From Orbicella franksi (taxonomy: Eukaryota): a DNA stretch of 64,000 nucleotides. The notes under the pieces were generated by a model, which was not told the origin of the DNA, ran no database searches, and saw only the letters and a program-made list of their open reading frames with translations. Positions within the stretch are counted from its first letter, which is position 1. Every line of letters starts with the position of its first letter. Position numbers and translations under genes: made by a program. Below, in pieces: positions 11,235 through 24,072 of this stretch. The DNA is taken from assembly GCA_964199315.1 (NCBI GenBank), contig OZ116707.1, positions 26,040,001 to 26,104,000 of the forward strand. The letters run 5' to 3'.

Positions 11235-13799
11235 CAAGAGGTTCGATTTCAGGTACTCATAGGGGCGCGTTCATGTTTTGGCGTACAAGGGTAGTGTGGT
11301 CCCGTGGGATTTGAGGAGAGCCATGCAAAACAAAAGGCCTGAAATTGGTGTGGGTGTGGCCCGAAAAAAGTCTTGTAAAGTCGGAAAAGCACCTGATACA
11401 ATTGATTTTAAGTTAGGCCTTTCCACAAATATCCAGCTATTTTGGGGGTAATATTTAGAGGTTTCCGAGATATTTAGAGAATTAAGGGATATTTAGGAAA
11501 TATTCAGAGCTTTCTTGGCTAAGCCCATGGTGTCCTCTCTATTTTCTTTAAACAGTACTCAGTTCTATGTCACTGGGAAAAAAAACCGAGTTTAGCGATT
11601 TCCCACTTGAAGCATGTATCCCATTAATTTCTCCAGGAAGCTAAAGAGCTAGTGAAACTTAATACATGGTGAAATTTGTAGCTCTTTGGGTGTAATATTC
11701 AAGGAGAAATTGTCTTTCAAAATCTGCAAAATAGCGCTAATGAACTCATATATTCTTAATAACATTTTGAGTTTTTAAACCCGTGTTGCACAAAAGGTAT
11801 TCAATACATCAGGCTCATATTCATTGGTATAGTTGATCGTACTATATGACGTTTCAATATTCAGAACTGATTTATTTGTAGCTCCATCAGAAACTGAATT
11901 ACTTATGCTAATGACGCAAATATTGTAAACAAGGATTCAGCTAATGGAAAGGCTATTTGAAGTTTTGTAATCATGGTATCTATAATAAACCAGCATTCTC
12001 CACAGAATTGCTCGTATAGCGTAACTCGACTTCACAAACTATTTGAGGGATAAATATGGTCATCATTTCACTACTGCAAAGACCACTTCCTTTCATAAAA
12101 ACAACGTTAACTTTTCTTTGCCTTCGCTTGTTAACTGATACATAGTCCGAAAGCTTAAAACCGGCTAAAATGAGCATAATATAGTCCTTTGTTAAAATAC
12201 ATACTTTTTCGCAAACTTGGAAAATTGAAAATTTTGCCCATTCTGAAACTAGCTCAATTACACCAATGCTTAATGAGAGCCTGAATTTCTTAATCGTTTT
12301 TTGCGTCTACGGTTGCATTCTAATATTTTCCCGACTTTGGAATCACTTTTTGGAGCTGTTATGACTTCTCTTATAAGTTCTTTTAAATTCACTATGGCAG
12401 ATCCAAAAAGGGGGATATTCTGAAATTATGACGTCAGTTTGGTTTTGTTGGACGTTTTCATTGACACATAGATATAACTTAAGCAGACAAGTTTGGATGT
12501 TTTACACACGACATAAGTTCGACCACTAGTGACGAAATACTTTCGGAGATACATGGACTCCCCCGCTCCCGAACGAAAAAAAAGGCAGGCTGGATAGGCG
12601 GGTTGAGCGCTCGGTCGTCCAATTCATGAACATCTGTACTGCTCCCTCAAGATATTCATTCCCTCAAAACTGCAATACGCCACTCGTTGTGTCTATTTCC
12701 TTTCGAACGTACTAAAGTGCACTTGAATATGTCTTGATTTTTAACATTTTCTGGGCACCATTTACTTCACGCCAAACAAACTACAAAGGAAATTAAGGCA
12801 CGGTTCCTTTAAATTGATTGCTCCTGGAACCCTCAGACAGTCCAAAAAATAATTATCTGACTATGGTACAAGCGGGCAGATGACCCCCCTCCCCTCCAAC
12901 CCCTCCCCCCTCACCTCATCTAGGGTTTAGTTGTGATGAGACATATTATAATCATTTTCGGTTAATAGATAGCTCTCAGCTTGCTCTACAAGATGAGCTG
13001 TCATATTACATCACATGGTGTCATTAATCCTGCCATGCTGAAACCGCCTTTTTGGATTTCACAATTTTCTTGGAAAGACAGAAAATGACCAAAATTGATA
13101 AAAAAAATAATCCAAGATAATCAAAATGTCTGCAAGACAAGAACGAACTGCTACTGAAGTTTTCATTATCGGTTGTCGTTAGCTCCCATTTTCAAAATTT
13201 CTGGGGCTTGGATGCCAGTCCCCTCCCTGTCTTTTACGCCGAAGGGCTAACATAATTAATGATGAAGCCCTAAGACTCCATTTAATTACATGTAGCATCT
13301 ACGAAATAATACCTAAATGATATTGCAGTGTCTAAAAACTAGAAAGGCGCTAACATGATAGGGTTGCAGATGAAACGTTTGTTTTTCATATTAACATGTA
13401 AGCCTGCTGTTTGTTTTGCATAAACAAATGGTTAATTTGATATTGGAGCACCGCCGTATGTCAAGACCGCAGACCATTAATCATTGAACAATTGTTTCAA
13501 CACGTAACTGCGATCATCGTTATTTATTTGCCCTGACATTATTAAAATAATCATTTGTAACCTGTCTTCCAGTAACGCAAATATATTGCTGCTGGAAATA
13601 ACTTGAAATGTAGCATTGTATGGTAAACAGCTGCAACGTTGAGAAAGTTAGAAAACCTGTTCTCAGGCCTTGCTTTGTACGGAAAAATTGTTACGACTGG
13701 TACGTGTTTCCAATGAAAGCATTTAGTCTTAAATGTACTGAATTAAAGAAGTCTTGCTCTCTCTCCTATTAAATACATTAGTGAACATAACTCTCACTG

Positions 13800-14660
13800 G
13801 CCTGATTATGAAAATGAATGTCCATCTAAATGTTAATTTGCAATGCTGGAATTTTCTCAAAAAGGAACAGGTGTTTAACGAGGCTTTCTTTTCAGATATA
13901 GTTTCCTTTGTTATTAATCTACCACCTAAGAACCTTTCGAGAACCAGCGCGCCATTCTGAAGACGTTTGCGCTCTCTCTCTCTCTCACTGGTAAGGAAAT
14001 GAATTATATTTCGCAATTCTCATGTTATTCACCTTAGCGACTGCAAATCAATGATTTTCTGAGAGTTTTCTGCGCAGGCCTACAGTTTGTAAGCTAATGT
14101 AAAGTGCGTTGTGTCATTACAATATACCAGTGAACATTGCATGTAACAAAGCTAGTGTGACGCGACGTTTAGATGGGGGAAAAAAAAACATTCAAATGCA
14201 TCCTGTGGAGTTGAAGGTTATGGCAAAAAACGTACGTGCGAACCTAAATAAAGTTTAGCTTTCTTTAGAGCATTCTGTTGAAAGTTAGACATTTTTTTCA
14301 GGATTATTGGATTTTATCGCAACTAAACTTAGACTCATATTTCCTTCTCCGAAATAGTGACGGAAAAGTAAATTGATACGAACGAAGTTACAACAGCTAT
14401 AATCAGTGAATTCGCCGACCAACTGTAAGTTGTAAGTAAAAAATGATTCCTAAGGCAACGTAATTGCATTTCCTCTCAGTTACTTGTAAATATAAGAATT
14501 CTCTACCCTCGGGATTTTGGATATTTTCTGTAAGGACGTCAGTTGATTTTCTAAATGGGTTCAAAGAGGAATGTTTCAATTTTTTCGGAACGATCGGGTT
14601 ACCACAGCGACTGGTTTATTTTTGTAAGAATCGAGTTGTTCAAAATTCAACAAGGAAGAT
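13800..14660 (+). promoter_or_regulatory. Non-coding block conserved with 22230-23080: 5' UTR exon(s) and intron start of GPCR2
   Basis: Both copies share TTAATTTGCAATGC, ACGAGGCTTTCT, CTAAGAACCTT, ACTG|GTAAGGAAATGA and a second AG...GTAAGT-bounded segment (AGAGCATTCTGTT ... CTGTAAGT). Confidence 0.6.
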
Positions 14661-16978
14661 GTAAAAATAATTAAACATAGGGGATTTCACAGAATGCAGT
14701 GTTGAACCCGACCTTTAATTGCGAGATAAACTTATTCTCAAGTAGTCTCAAGTATTCTCTCATTAGTCTCAAGACGAAACATAACAGTACAATAACCAAA
14801 ACAAGTACGCCAACGAAGAAAAAGGCACCACTGTAAGAAAGCAGGCTTCTTAGTACTTCAAACTTTTTTTTCCCGAAAGTCATGATCATGAAAGTATTTA
14901 ATAATTAACTCGCAAACTTCTTGTATGCTTTACAAAATTATCGCGCATATAGCCCTAAGGAAATTTACCGATAATTAAAATGTAAGGATACTCCTCGTTG
15001 ATTGCTTCCAGGCAGCCTTGTTAAAAGCCTGAAATGTTTGTGTTTGAAGAATGTTTGAATTGAATAAAACTGAACGCCGATACATTACGTTTAAATGGGG
15101 TCTTTCAATTATGTTTCAGTTTATGCATGTGCATAAAATAACTGAGAGACTACGCGAGCTCTGATTGGTCGATAGAGTTGCAAAACCTATGTTCTATTGT
15201 ACCGGTGAACCACGGTTCCCGATATGGTAGCTCTTTGCGGCAATTAGAGAACTCAGAACACCGAGAGATAACAAATGTAATAAACAGCTTGGGTTTTTAC
15301 TGGCTGAGATATCAATAACGCGAATATCTCTTCATTCAACTTATTCATAGAAATTTTAAAGGATAAACCGGACTAGTAGAAGGTCAGCATATAAAGTTTT
15401 ACCATTTTTTTCCACGGCAAAAATTTCACGACCATTCCGGCTAAGCTTGAGTTTAAGTTAAGGAGGTTTTAGACACTTTTTTCGTTGCCCTTCACGTTCT
15501 GTGGAGGACGATGTCAGCTGGGCTTGACTGATCAATTTGGGTTGTTATAATTTCTTTCGAGTTATATAACATAAAGTTTTTATGTTATATATTGTTTAAC
15601 TCATGTATGCATAACACGATGAAAAATAAATGAATTTCAGTGGTTTGCATCAGCTTGGCTTTAAAGCAATAGTTTTTATTTGGCAAAATACAGAAGAAAC
15701 ACGGAATTTATAGCCTTCAACATAAGTACATGAAGTCTGAGTACACTTCCGGAAGCAGCGTTTCTGTAACTAGTTACCTTTATTTCATTCTCAAAACTTT
15801 GGAAAGTTATCGTTGAATCACTTGGCCAAGCGTATGAAGTTTGTATTTAATACTTGCAAACTTTTCCTGCGGTCTTTTACTTTCGTAATGACTGATTCTG
15901 CCTACGAATCCCTGCATTTCCTCGTCAGAATACTTTCGAATTGGTTAATATGCCTTCTGCCTTTCACCGATAACCCGGCTTTTCCTTTCCTTTCTTAAAA
16001 CGTTCTAAGCACGAAGTGTTTTCGTCGCTTTGCTCTGCGGATTTTGTACTTTTACTTGTAGTCCCCGAATTTGATCAGAATAAGCAACTTGATCACGAAG
16101 GTACAATACATTTTCCTCCCTTTGACAAAAGTTTTCCATAGTTATTTCATAAAAGCAATAGGCCACCCTTTATATGGGTTTACCGGTGCTATAAACTCAT
16201 AAAAAGAGTGGTCCATTGCTTAAATAGACATCAAATAATCACTCTCTTTTCTCAAGGGTTTATTTTTGCTCGATTCATGAACAGAACGGTTTGCAATCCT
16301 CCTTTCAAAATGCTGAAGAAAACCCTGATGTCTTATTCATCCTCGCCCCCCACCCCCACCCCCCCTACTTGTACATCCCTTGTACATGTACGCCAGAGGG
16401 TCATTAACAAGTGGCCAGATTTCTGTTTTATATCCTGCATGCATCGTTTCACAAGTTCACATGTTTATTTGCTTGGCTTGGTCCGCCACCGTGAGTACTT
16501 GTATTTTCTGTCAATGCCGGGATTTTCTCGGATGTGACCGTATCGCTGGTTTTCACTGTCATGTCATCAAAAATTAAAATCTTAACCATTCAATAAATAA
16601 CGTCAAGAATCTGGAGTATGATAGATGATTGAGCTATTAAAGCGGTTGTGAAACGTCAAGTTCTCAGAGGGTCTTATATTTGATGAAACTAAAACTTCAG
16701 GAAGATAGGTAGTTTTTAATTTTGGAAAACGTTAACGCACATAAGAACCGGCACTTTTCTCGGGTGCAGGAAAACACCGACTTCAAATAAAACCGGGGTG
16801 TTTAATGGAAAACTCAGCCGATGTTATTTTAACCTTGCCATTATTCGGGACCTGGCGTTTAATCGGGAAAATACTCTAGTTTAATTTAAACAAAAGAAGA
16901 AACCAACCTAAGACCTTTTGTGATATTGTGAGACAGCAGTAATAACTGTTTGCTGATCTATTTCAGATAGAGGTAGCC

Positions 16979-17974
16979 ATGGCAACGAATAACACATCAT
17001 TAGCAATATTCAGACCAACAGATCCCAATCTTCAGATCTACAGGGAGGAAGGATATTTCTGGTGTTCGCTATTTATACTTGAGGGAATTATCATCCTTGT
17101 ACTCAATATGTTTACGTTTATCGTCTTTACCAAGGACCGCCATTTGCGCAAGCGCAGTACATATCTCCTAATCAACCTATCAGCGGCTGATATCGGTGTG
17201 GGAGGACTTGTTATACCAACTGCTGTTTTTCGTCGAGGGAACACTTATGGACTTTGGAATGTTGAGATGACTCATGCGTGGTTCATTTCCACACATGGAG
17301 TTGACACACTGTTTTTTGGGTGTTCTCTTGCGTTTTTGGTCTCAATTTCAGTTGAGAGACTGTACGCTACAAGAAGTCCAATGAGGCATCGCTCTATGAC
17401 AGGAATGGCATACAAGATTTGTATTTCTTGCGTATGGGTCGCGTCTTTCATTTGCACAAGTGTCATAGTTTTATTCTTATTCTATGACATAATCGGGTTG
17501 CAGATTTGGTACTTCGTGGCTTCATGTGTCTGTGCTTCGCTTTTAATTTTAACCTTTAGTTACTGCGCGATATTTGTTACAGTGCGATGCGGTGAACAAC
17601 CCCAGCACGTTCATCACGACCAGGCTAGGAAGGAAAGAAGGCTTACAATGACACTGCTCATTGTCACGCTAGTCTCCTTGTCAGTCTGGATTCCATACGT
17701 GTTATTCACCTTCTTGGAGTCTTATCTGTCCCGCACATTTTCTGAAGAAACAATTTTACGCGCACGAGGCGTTTGTGAGGCACTGTTCTTTGCTAACTCC
17801 TTTGTAAATCCGATACTATACACGATCAGGATGCCTCAGTTTAGAAGAGCGAGTATTAACTTGATAACTTGTGCTGGAAACTGTGGAAGTAGACAGATAA
17901 CTTCATTGTCGTTGGACAGTGTAGGAGTGGACAAGAGTGAACGGATGGCCTCATCTTTAGACACTGTACTCTAA
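16979..17974 (+). CDS. Class A GPCR, paralog 2 (331 aa), ends in a class I PDZ-binding motif DTVL
   Basis: Same 7TM motifs as paralog 1 and high identity to it. Acceptor TTTCAG at 16966 lies just upstream of the ATG. Confidence 0.95.
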   Translation: MATNNTSLAIFRPTDPNLQIYREEGYFWCSLFILEGIIILVLNMFTFIVFTKDRHLRKRSTYLLINLSAADIGVGGLVIPTAVFRRGNTYGLWNVEMTHAWFISTHGVDTLFFGCSLAFLVSISVERLYATRSPMRHRSMTGMAYKICISCVWVASFICTSVIVLFLFYDIIGLQIWYFVASCVCASLLILTFSYCAIFVTVRCGEQPQHVHHDQARKERRLTMTLLIVTLVSLSVWIPYVLFTFLESYLSRTFSEETILRARGVCEALFFANSFVNPILYTIRMPQFRRASINLITCAGNCGSRQITSLSLDSVGVDKSERMASSLDTVL

Positions 17975-18040
17975 TAGTGGACAAATAACTTTGGCTAGAC
18001 ACTCTTCGAGCGGACAAATAACTTGGACTGTACATTCTCT
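17870..18040 (+). repeat. Degenerate ~33-bp minisatellite spanning the GPCR2 C-terminal codons and 3' UTR
   Basis: Units such as GGAAACTGTGGAAGTAGACAGATAAC, GGACAGTGTAGGAGTGGACAAG, AGACACTCTTCGAGCGGACAAATAAC. Confidence 0.7.
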
Positions 18041-18444
18041 TGTCCCTGAGGAGAGAGACCTCTGCTGGTCACGTCAAGCTCTTCAATACGGTAAGGGTCA
18101 ACTAACACAAGGGACCTCCATTGTAAGAAAATCAAAGAAATGCGACCACTAACTACACACGGATATAGAAGTGCACCTTTGAAAGTCCAGCTGCCTTCTG
18201 AGCTAACTTTTCTCTTGACTTTATACTAGAGAGGACAAAATAGATATATTTACGCACCTCATTGAAGTACATGTATATTACTGTGATTTGAATCAAAGCC
18301 TTTTCATTTAAAAACCGTTTTCACTTTTTAATGTTGCCTGAACATGACTCACATCGTTCACTTTTAAAATGATGTAACCATGTACTATTTATGTATAATA
18401 TAATTCTTGATAATGCAAACAAAACGCGTTACATCGGTGTCTAA

Positions 18445-18628
18445 GGGTGTATTCCTTTGGAGTGATCTGGATCAAGAGCAGTGATCCAAGGTCTGTCTGG
18501 ATCATGGTGCATCAAAGGAACCGATAAATCCGCGACCAGAGTGGATTCATCGGTTCCTTTAATGCATCATGATCCAGACAGACCTTGGATCACTGATCCT
18601 GATCCAGATCACTCCAAAAGAACGCACC
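18445..18628. mobile_element. Palindromic MITE related to 1181-1445
   Basis: GGGTGTATTCCTTTGGAGTGATCTGGATCA ... TGATCCAGATCACTCCAAAAGAACGCACC, TAA on both flanks, shared core. Confidence 0.85.
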
Positions 18629-19199
18629 TAAATATAAACGAAACTTAAGTTACATAAGTCTGATCGATATAATGTACACATATAATGTCAACAAACCTGT
18701 CGAAAATCGGTCAACACTTACGTTGTAGACCAAGTCAGCATGTCAGCATGGTCAGAATTGCCCGCAGATCGGCGGTACGGCAGTAATCTTGTTTCCTGTC
18801 CAAGATGCAGAATAAGAAGATACTACATTACTTAGGTATTCACAGATAAATAGACTGATCCACTGCATGGTTAAATTTCAGTTCGGTGCTTGACGTTTTT
18901 TAATCGCTCCGCGTTCGATCCAGATTCGGCTACCTGCCTCTTTTGTGAACGAAAATGTCTTCCATTCTTTATAGATGCCAAAAAATAAAAAGGCTTTCTT
19001 CTTCATCGGCTAATGCGACTTCGAACCCCAAAGCGCGTGGTTTTTAGCTTGCTAGTGGATTTATAACACACAATACCAGATCTGTCAAAGCAGCAATTAG
19101 AACACATTGCTATACCATTCACCCAATAGATTTTTTGCCACTCAGAACTGCTGGTTTTCAGTGTCACGCCATTCAAAATACTGGCAAAATGAAAATCAA

Positions 19200-19403
19200 A
19201 ACCGTTCAATAGATAAAGTCCAGAATCTGGGAAATGAAAGAAGGTAAATATGCAAAGACTCTCGCCAAGATTCTGGTCACAGCAATTTTTCTTGTGCAGG
19301 ATATGTGGAGAAAATTTTTACTCAAATCTATGGAGATTTGTACGGAGACGCCATGCTGGTGCGCAACCGTATGGGCACCAACATGGCGGCCGGAAACCAA
19401 CAC

Positions 19404-19441
<38 letters not shown>

Positions 19442-19576
19442 ATATCCCTCGAGAAACTCTAAAACAATAAAATAATACTTTTTCTAAGACATAAACTGTT
19501 CAGATAGCCAAATTCCCCGAAATAAGTCAGTTTTTTAACCATCATCACAGCTCTCTAGGCCGTCATGTAAATGCCG

Positions 19577-19609
<33 letters not shown>

Positions 19610-19756
19610 GTATCACAAAACTAAGAACCCATTTGGAGCGAAAATTTGTATGAATATTAGTTTTCAGCTGCTCTTAAACATCACTAAAGTAAAATCTCAG
19701 GAAGATCAATAGTTTTGTGGTCTGAATTTTAGTGACGTCACGTGAAAACCAGCTAT
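19200..19756. mobile_element. Probable non-autonomous DNA-transposon-derived repeat; left boundary uncertain
   Basis: Right end AGTGACGTCACGTGAAAACCAGCTAT and internal CACCAACATGGCGGCCGGAAACCAAC match, from memory, a common coral repeat. No paired TIR was found. Confidence 0.4.
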
Positions 19757-20046
19757 AGGTATTTACCTAATCAACAACAACCAGGTCTCTCTCCTCGACG
19801 ACAATTGCGCAAATGGAGATAGAGTCTGGAAACGAGTATAGAGATCAATGCAAATAAAATAGTAATGAACTTTCTCACCGATGTCGCGCTTTTACAATTT
19901 TTCTTTTTTTTTTAAATTCAAACAAAAAAGGGTTCGTCGCTCGATTTATTATGTTGAATTTTGAACATATGCAAACTTTTATGCGAATCCGTTGCAAACT
20001 TATGAAAATATGGAACCGCAAACTTACCAATGTTTACAAAGATATG

Positions 20047-20079
20047 TATGCCAGGGGGCAAGCGTTGCCCCCTGGCATA
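20047..20079. repeat. Perfect 15-bp GC-rich hairpin ending a dispersed repeat (Helitron-3'-end-like); related copy at 46633-46662
   Basis: TATGCCAGGGGGCAA-GCG-TTGCCCCCTGGCATA, followed by AGTAGT. The ~80 bp upstream also match 46560-46632. Confidence 0.55.
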
Positions 20080-22229
20080 AGTAGTACATGTGCAGTGTGA
20101 CTAGGGAAGTAAACAAAAATCTAATTACAGGCTGTTTATACAGACTGCTTAAAAATTTTAACATGGATTATATTAATTTGACTGTGATTAGACAATGATT
20201 ATTAAAACAATTGTTGACAGGTACAATTTATATCTATTTCAAGTTTTGACTCCAGTTGTTTACATATCTCGTTCCTATACGTATGCGTATATGTTCCTAT
20301 ACGTAGACTATACGTACATCACCAGCCACTATGCCTGTTTGACATGGCTTGCGTTTGACATGATTGGGCAGTCAATCTCTCTCGCAAAAACTAGATCTAC
20401 ACAGTCTCTTGGATGCTAATTTGTCTATCCATCACTCAAATTTTAGGGCATATTTACTCGATAGTGGATGCTGACTTGTACACTATTCATGAAGAAATGC
20501 TCACTCTAGTCGAATTGCATAGAATACAGAAGAAATGTAGTATGAAGAACAACAAAATTAAAAGATTAAGCAATTTGAATTTTTTGCTTGAAGTAAGCTT
20601 ATTTGAAAATACAAAATAACGAAAATAATAAAATCACGGTTTTGAATTTAAGATACGAACACTGCCAGAATTTCAACGTGTACACAAAAAAATGCGATAC
20701 AGAAAAACAGGCTACCTTAGGCTTACCTTGGACTCTACAAGGAGAGAAAGGGAGTGGAAAACCATCAAATTCTCTAGCCATGCAAGAAAAAGGCTATGAT
20801 CGAGCCACGTCTAGTAAACACGATCTGTCTTCCTGACTTTCACTGTAACAATTCTTTGACATCGCCGGCCGCGCTGTTTTGACCGATACATGACCACAGT
20901 GATAAATGCCTCTCTCAGCTTTCATCTACGAGTGAGCAAAAGCCCTAAGCAAAATATTACATATTTGCAAAAGCGAAACACAAGAACCAAAATGGTTGGA
21001 GCTCTTCGAGAAACTCGTACCCAAGCTCTCCATACCAAAAGTTTACATCTGAGTGAGTGACACATTTACAAATTCTGCCCATAACAATAGTCGTTTCTAC
21101 GCTTCGCGTATGACAAATTTGCGGTCCCATATTGTTGCGAGTTTGTACGGATTTTAAAGAAACTAGGCATCTTTTCTACATTCGGCTTGACAAAGTGATC
21201 TATGGAGTTTTTTCTTTGTTGTTTAAATGAAAGATTCGAAAAACTGTTGATGCTGCGTGGCATCGGTAGGAAGGTCCATTCTGCAATTTTCTTCGATAAA
21301 ATAAAAAAAAAAAAAAAGAAATCTGTCTAAAAAAGACAAATTTGGATTAAGCTGCTTAGCAATTGAGCTTGTACTAGCAATGTCAAAATGGAAAAATGGC
21401 GCTGAAAAAATTAAATGGCTCTTTCAAGTTTCATCGTCAAAGAAAAAAATTATTTATTTAGCAATGTTGCTGAAGGAAATGGGAAAAACGAAAAAAAGAA
21501 CAATTTTTGTTTAACGTGCACGTCAAAATGTGATACCTGCACGCATGGCGACGTTTATTGACGTGGTGCGAGTGTTGACAAAACATCCTCACGTAATCCC
21601 TCTTTTCAAAAATGTGAGAGAAATATCTCGGTATTGGATGTCACACGGTGAGAAAGATTGATGATGAAAAAGCAACCAGATAGCTCCATCAGTATTTTTT
21701 AATTACAACTAGCATCTATGATATTATACCTAAATTAATTTCAGGGTCTTAACCACTTTAAAGTAGTTTACAAGAAAGGGCTGTGGTCAATAATTTTTGT
21801 TTTTGTCACGTATACTTGCTGTTAGTGTTGCAGTAAAATTATAACTGTACGGTTTTTGAGCCTTTTATCAAAACCGCAAGCCATTTATTATGGAACAACA
21901 ACTGTTTCAGTTTTTTATGGCACCGTTGCATATTTCTCCTGAGGCTATCACAAAAGTGAACAAACATCTGCAGCCAGCTTTCCAGAAACGTAAACATGTT
22001 ACTAGAAATTACTGTAAAGTAAGGCAGCTGCAAGGTTTAAGAAGCTCAAAAGCCAGTGCCCATGCCGTGCTTCATCGGTATAAATCAAGGGAGACTGGTT
22101 TTTTTTTTTTGCGATTCATGTTTCTAACTAAAGTATTTTGTCGTAAACAAACAATTATAAAACTAAAGATGGCTCGCTCTCCACAACTATAGAGACATAA
22201 GAATAGCTGTGTTATGTCTGCTTTGAATA

Positions 22230-23080
22230 TGTAAATTGCTGACTGATCCAAATATTAATTTGCAATGCAAGAATTTTATTACGAGGCTTTCTGTTCAGAT
22301 GCAGTTTCCCTTGTTTTACTCATCTGCCGTCTAAGAACCTTCAGAGGTGTTGCATTCTGTAGCCTCTTGCTCTGATTTACTGGTAAGGAAATGATTTACA
22401 TCTCGTAATTTTCCGGTTCTCACTTTAGCGACGGCAAATCGATGGCTTGCGCAGGCCAAGCGAAAGCTGCTATGAAGTACGTTGTGACGTTGTATCAATA
22501 CACGAGTGAATTTTGCATGTACTATTGCTTGAAAAAAAAACTTGCAAACAGATCGCCTTGTGTTGACGATTACGACCGGAAACGTTTGTTTTTTTTTTTA
22601 ATTAACTTCAGGCTTTCCATAGAGCATTCTGTTAAACGTTGGACATTTCTCATCTGGGTAATTGGATTTCATCCCAAAACGGTTGACGTTTTTGGCTCAG
22701 ACTAGTATTTCCAACTCCAAAATCGAGTATAACGCCGATACGAACCCGGTTACCACGGCTATAATCAGTGAGCTGGCTGGTTGCCTGTAAGTCGTAAGTT
22801 AAAAAAAAAAAAAATTCTAATTTTTATTTTTGCTTACTTGCATGTAAATATAAGGTAACTGTGTATAATGTTTTTACCCTGGGACCTTGATATCTTCAAT
22901 CTCTTAGCAAGACGTCAAGGTTAATAATATTTTTTAGGGGTTTCAAAGAATTGTTGGGTTGACGCTGAAGATTTCAAAGAAGATGTTTTCCCCTAACAAA
23001 AATAAAAGAAGAATCGAGTTGATCAAATTCAACAATGAAGGCGTACAATGAAATAAGTGGGAAATTCACAGAATACAACG
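22230..23080 (+). promoter_or_regulatory. Non-coding block conserved with 13800-14660: 5' UTR exon(s) of GPCR3
   Basis: Donor TACTG|GTAAGG after 22382; alignable to the GPCR2 upstream block. Confidence 0.6.
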
Positions 23081-24072
23081 CTGAAACGGCCTAGCTTTTT
23101 ACTCAGTGAGCTATTCATTTCAGGACGAGCTAAATGAGCTAAGTCTACAAAACACATGCACATACGTTTGTACTGAATAAGCAAAGTTTTTACTCAATGC
23201 CCAATTCCCTCTATGAGATGTACATGCAGGGAAACATGTTAATTGTATTCATCAAAAATAACAATGAGTCCAATCCAAGATAGCACACAGTGTGGACTAT
23301 AGGCTTGCCTTCTGAAATCTAGTACCTCTCGTCTCGGGACTTACAATCGAATAATAGCAACAGCACCAATTCGAACGTTGCTCTGTTGGATTGGATATTT
23401 TTTCATCCATGAACGCAACTGCCATGATTCCCTACCGGCTCGTCCCAGTCATAGAGGGAATTGACCATTGAGGCGTCCTAAATTCTAATATGGTCAATTC
23501 TAATATGCTTTTCATGCATGTTTTTTTTGTTGTTGTTGTTGTTTTGTTTTGTTTTGTTTTTTTTCACAACTCGATGTTTTAAACATTGATGGTAAATCAG
23601 TAGATCAATATCCGTTAAAAGCTTCTCTGTAATTAAAAAACACTAAGAAACTCAGTGTCAGTCGACTGACAGATGTTAATACTGAAACAGTCGAAGTGTT
23701 TCACATTTCTAAGAATTATTTCCTATCTTCGAAATCTGAAGCCAAGCGGGCGTGGATTAATTTACTTGCCTAGATCATCATGGCTGCATACTTTTCTCTT
23801 TCGAGGTAGGGATTTTCTTGGAAATTGACCGTATTTTTTTCGGCGCCGAGAAAACGTAGGATTTCAAGGCGTTTATTAAGAACACAGCTTTATACACCCG
23901 ATGACATTTGAACCCGGCAATTATTCGGGCTCTGGCGTTTAATCAAGGAAAGCCGCTTGTTTAATTTAAACATGGACAAAAACAAACAAGCAAAAAAAGG
24001 GTCTAAAACCATTGTAGGATTGTGTGACAGCAGAAATAACTGTTTGTGTATCTATTGCAGATAGACATAATC

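Noticed and set aside
6559-20735. Scattered minus-strand exon-like segments (about 6559-6592, 18720-18793, an 8-nt candidate near 20727) suggesting a host gene with nested GPCRs
   Set aside because: Their phases and translations do not join into a credible protein; they are consistent with chance splice-like motifs.
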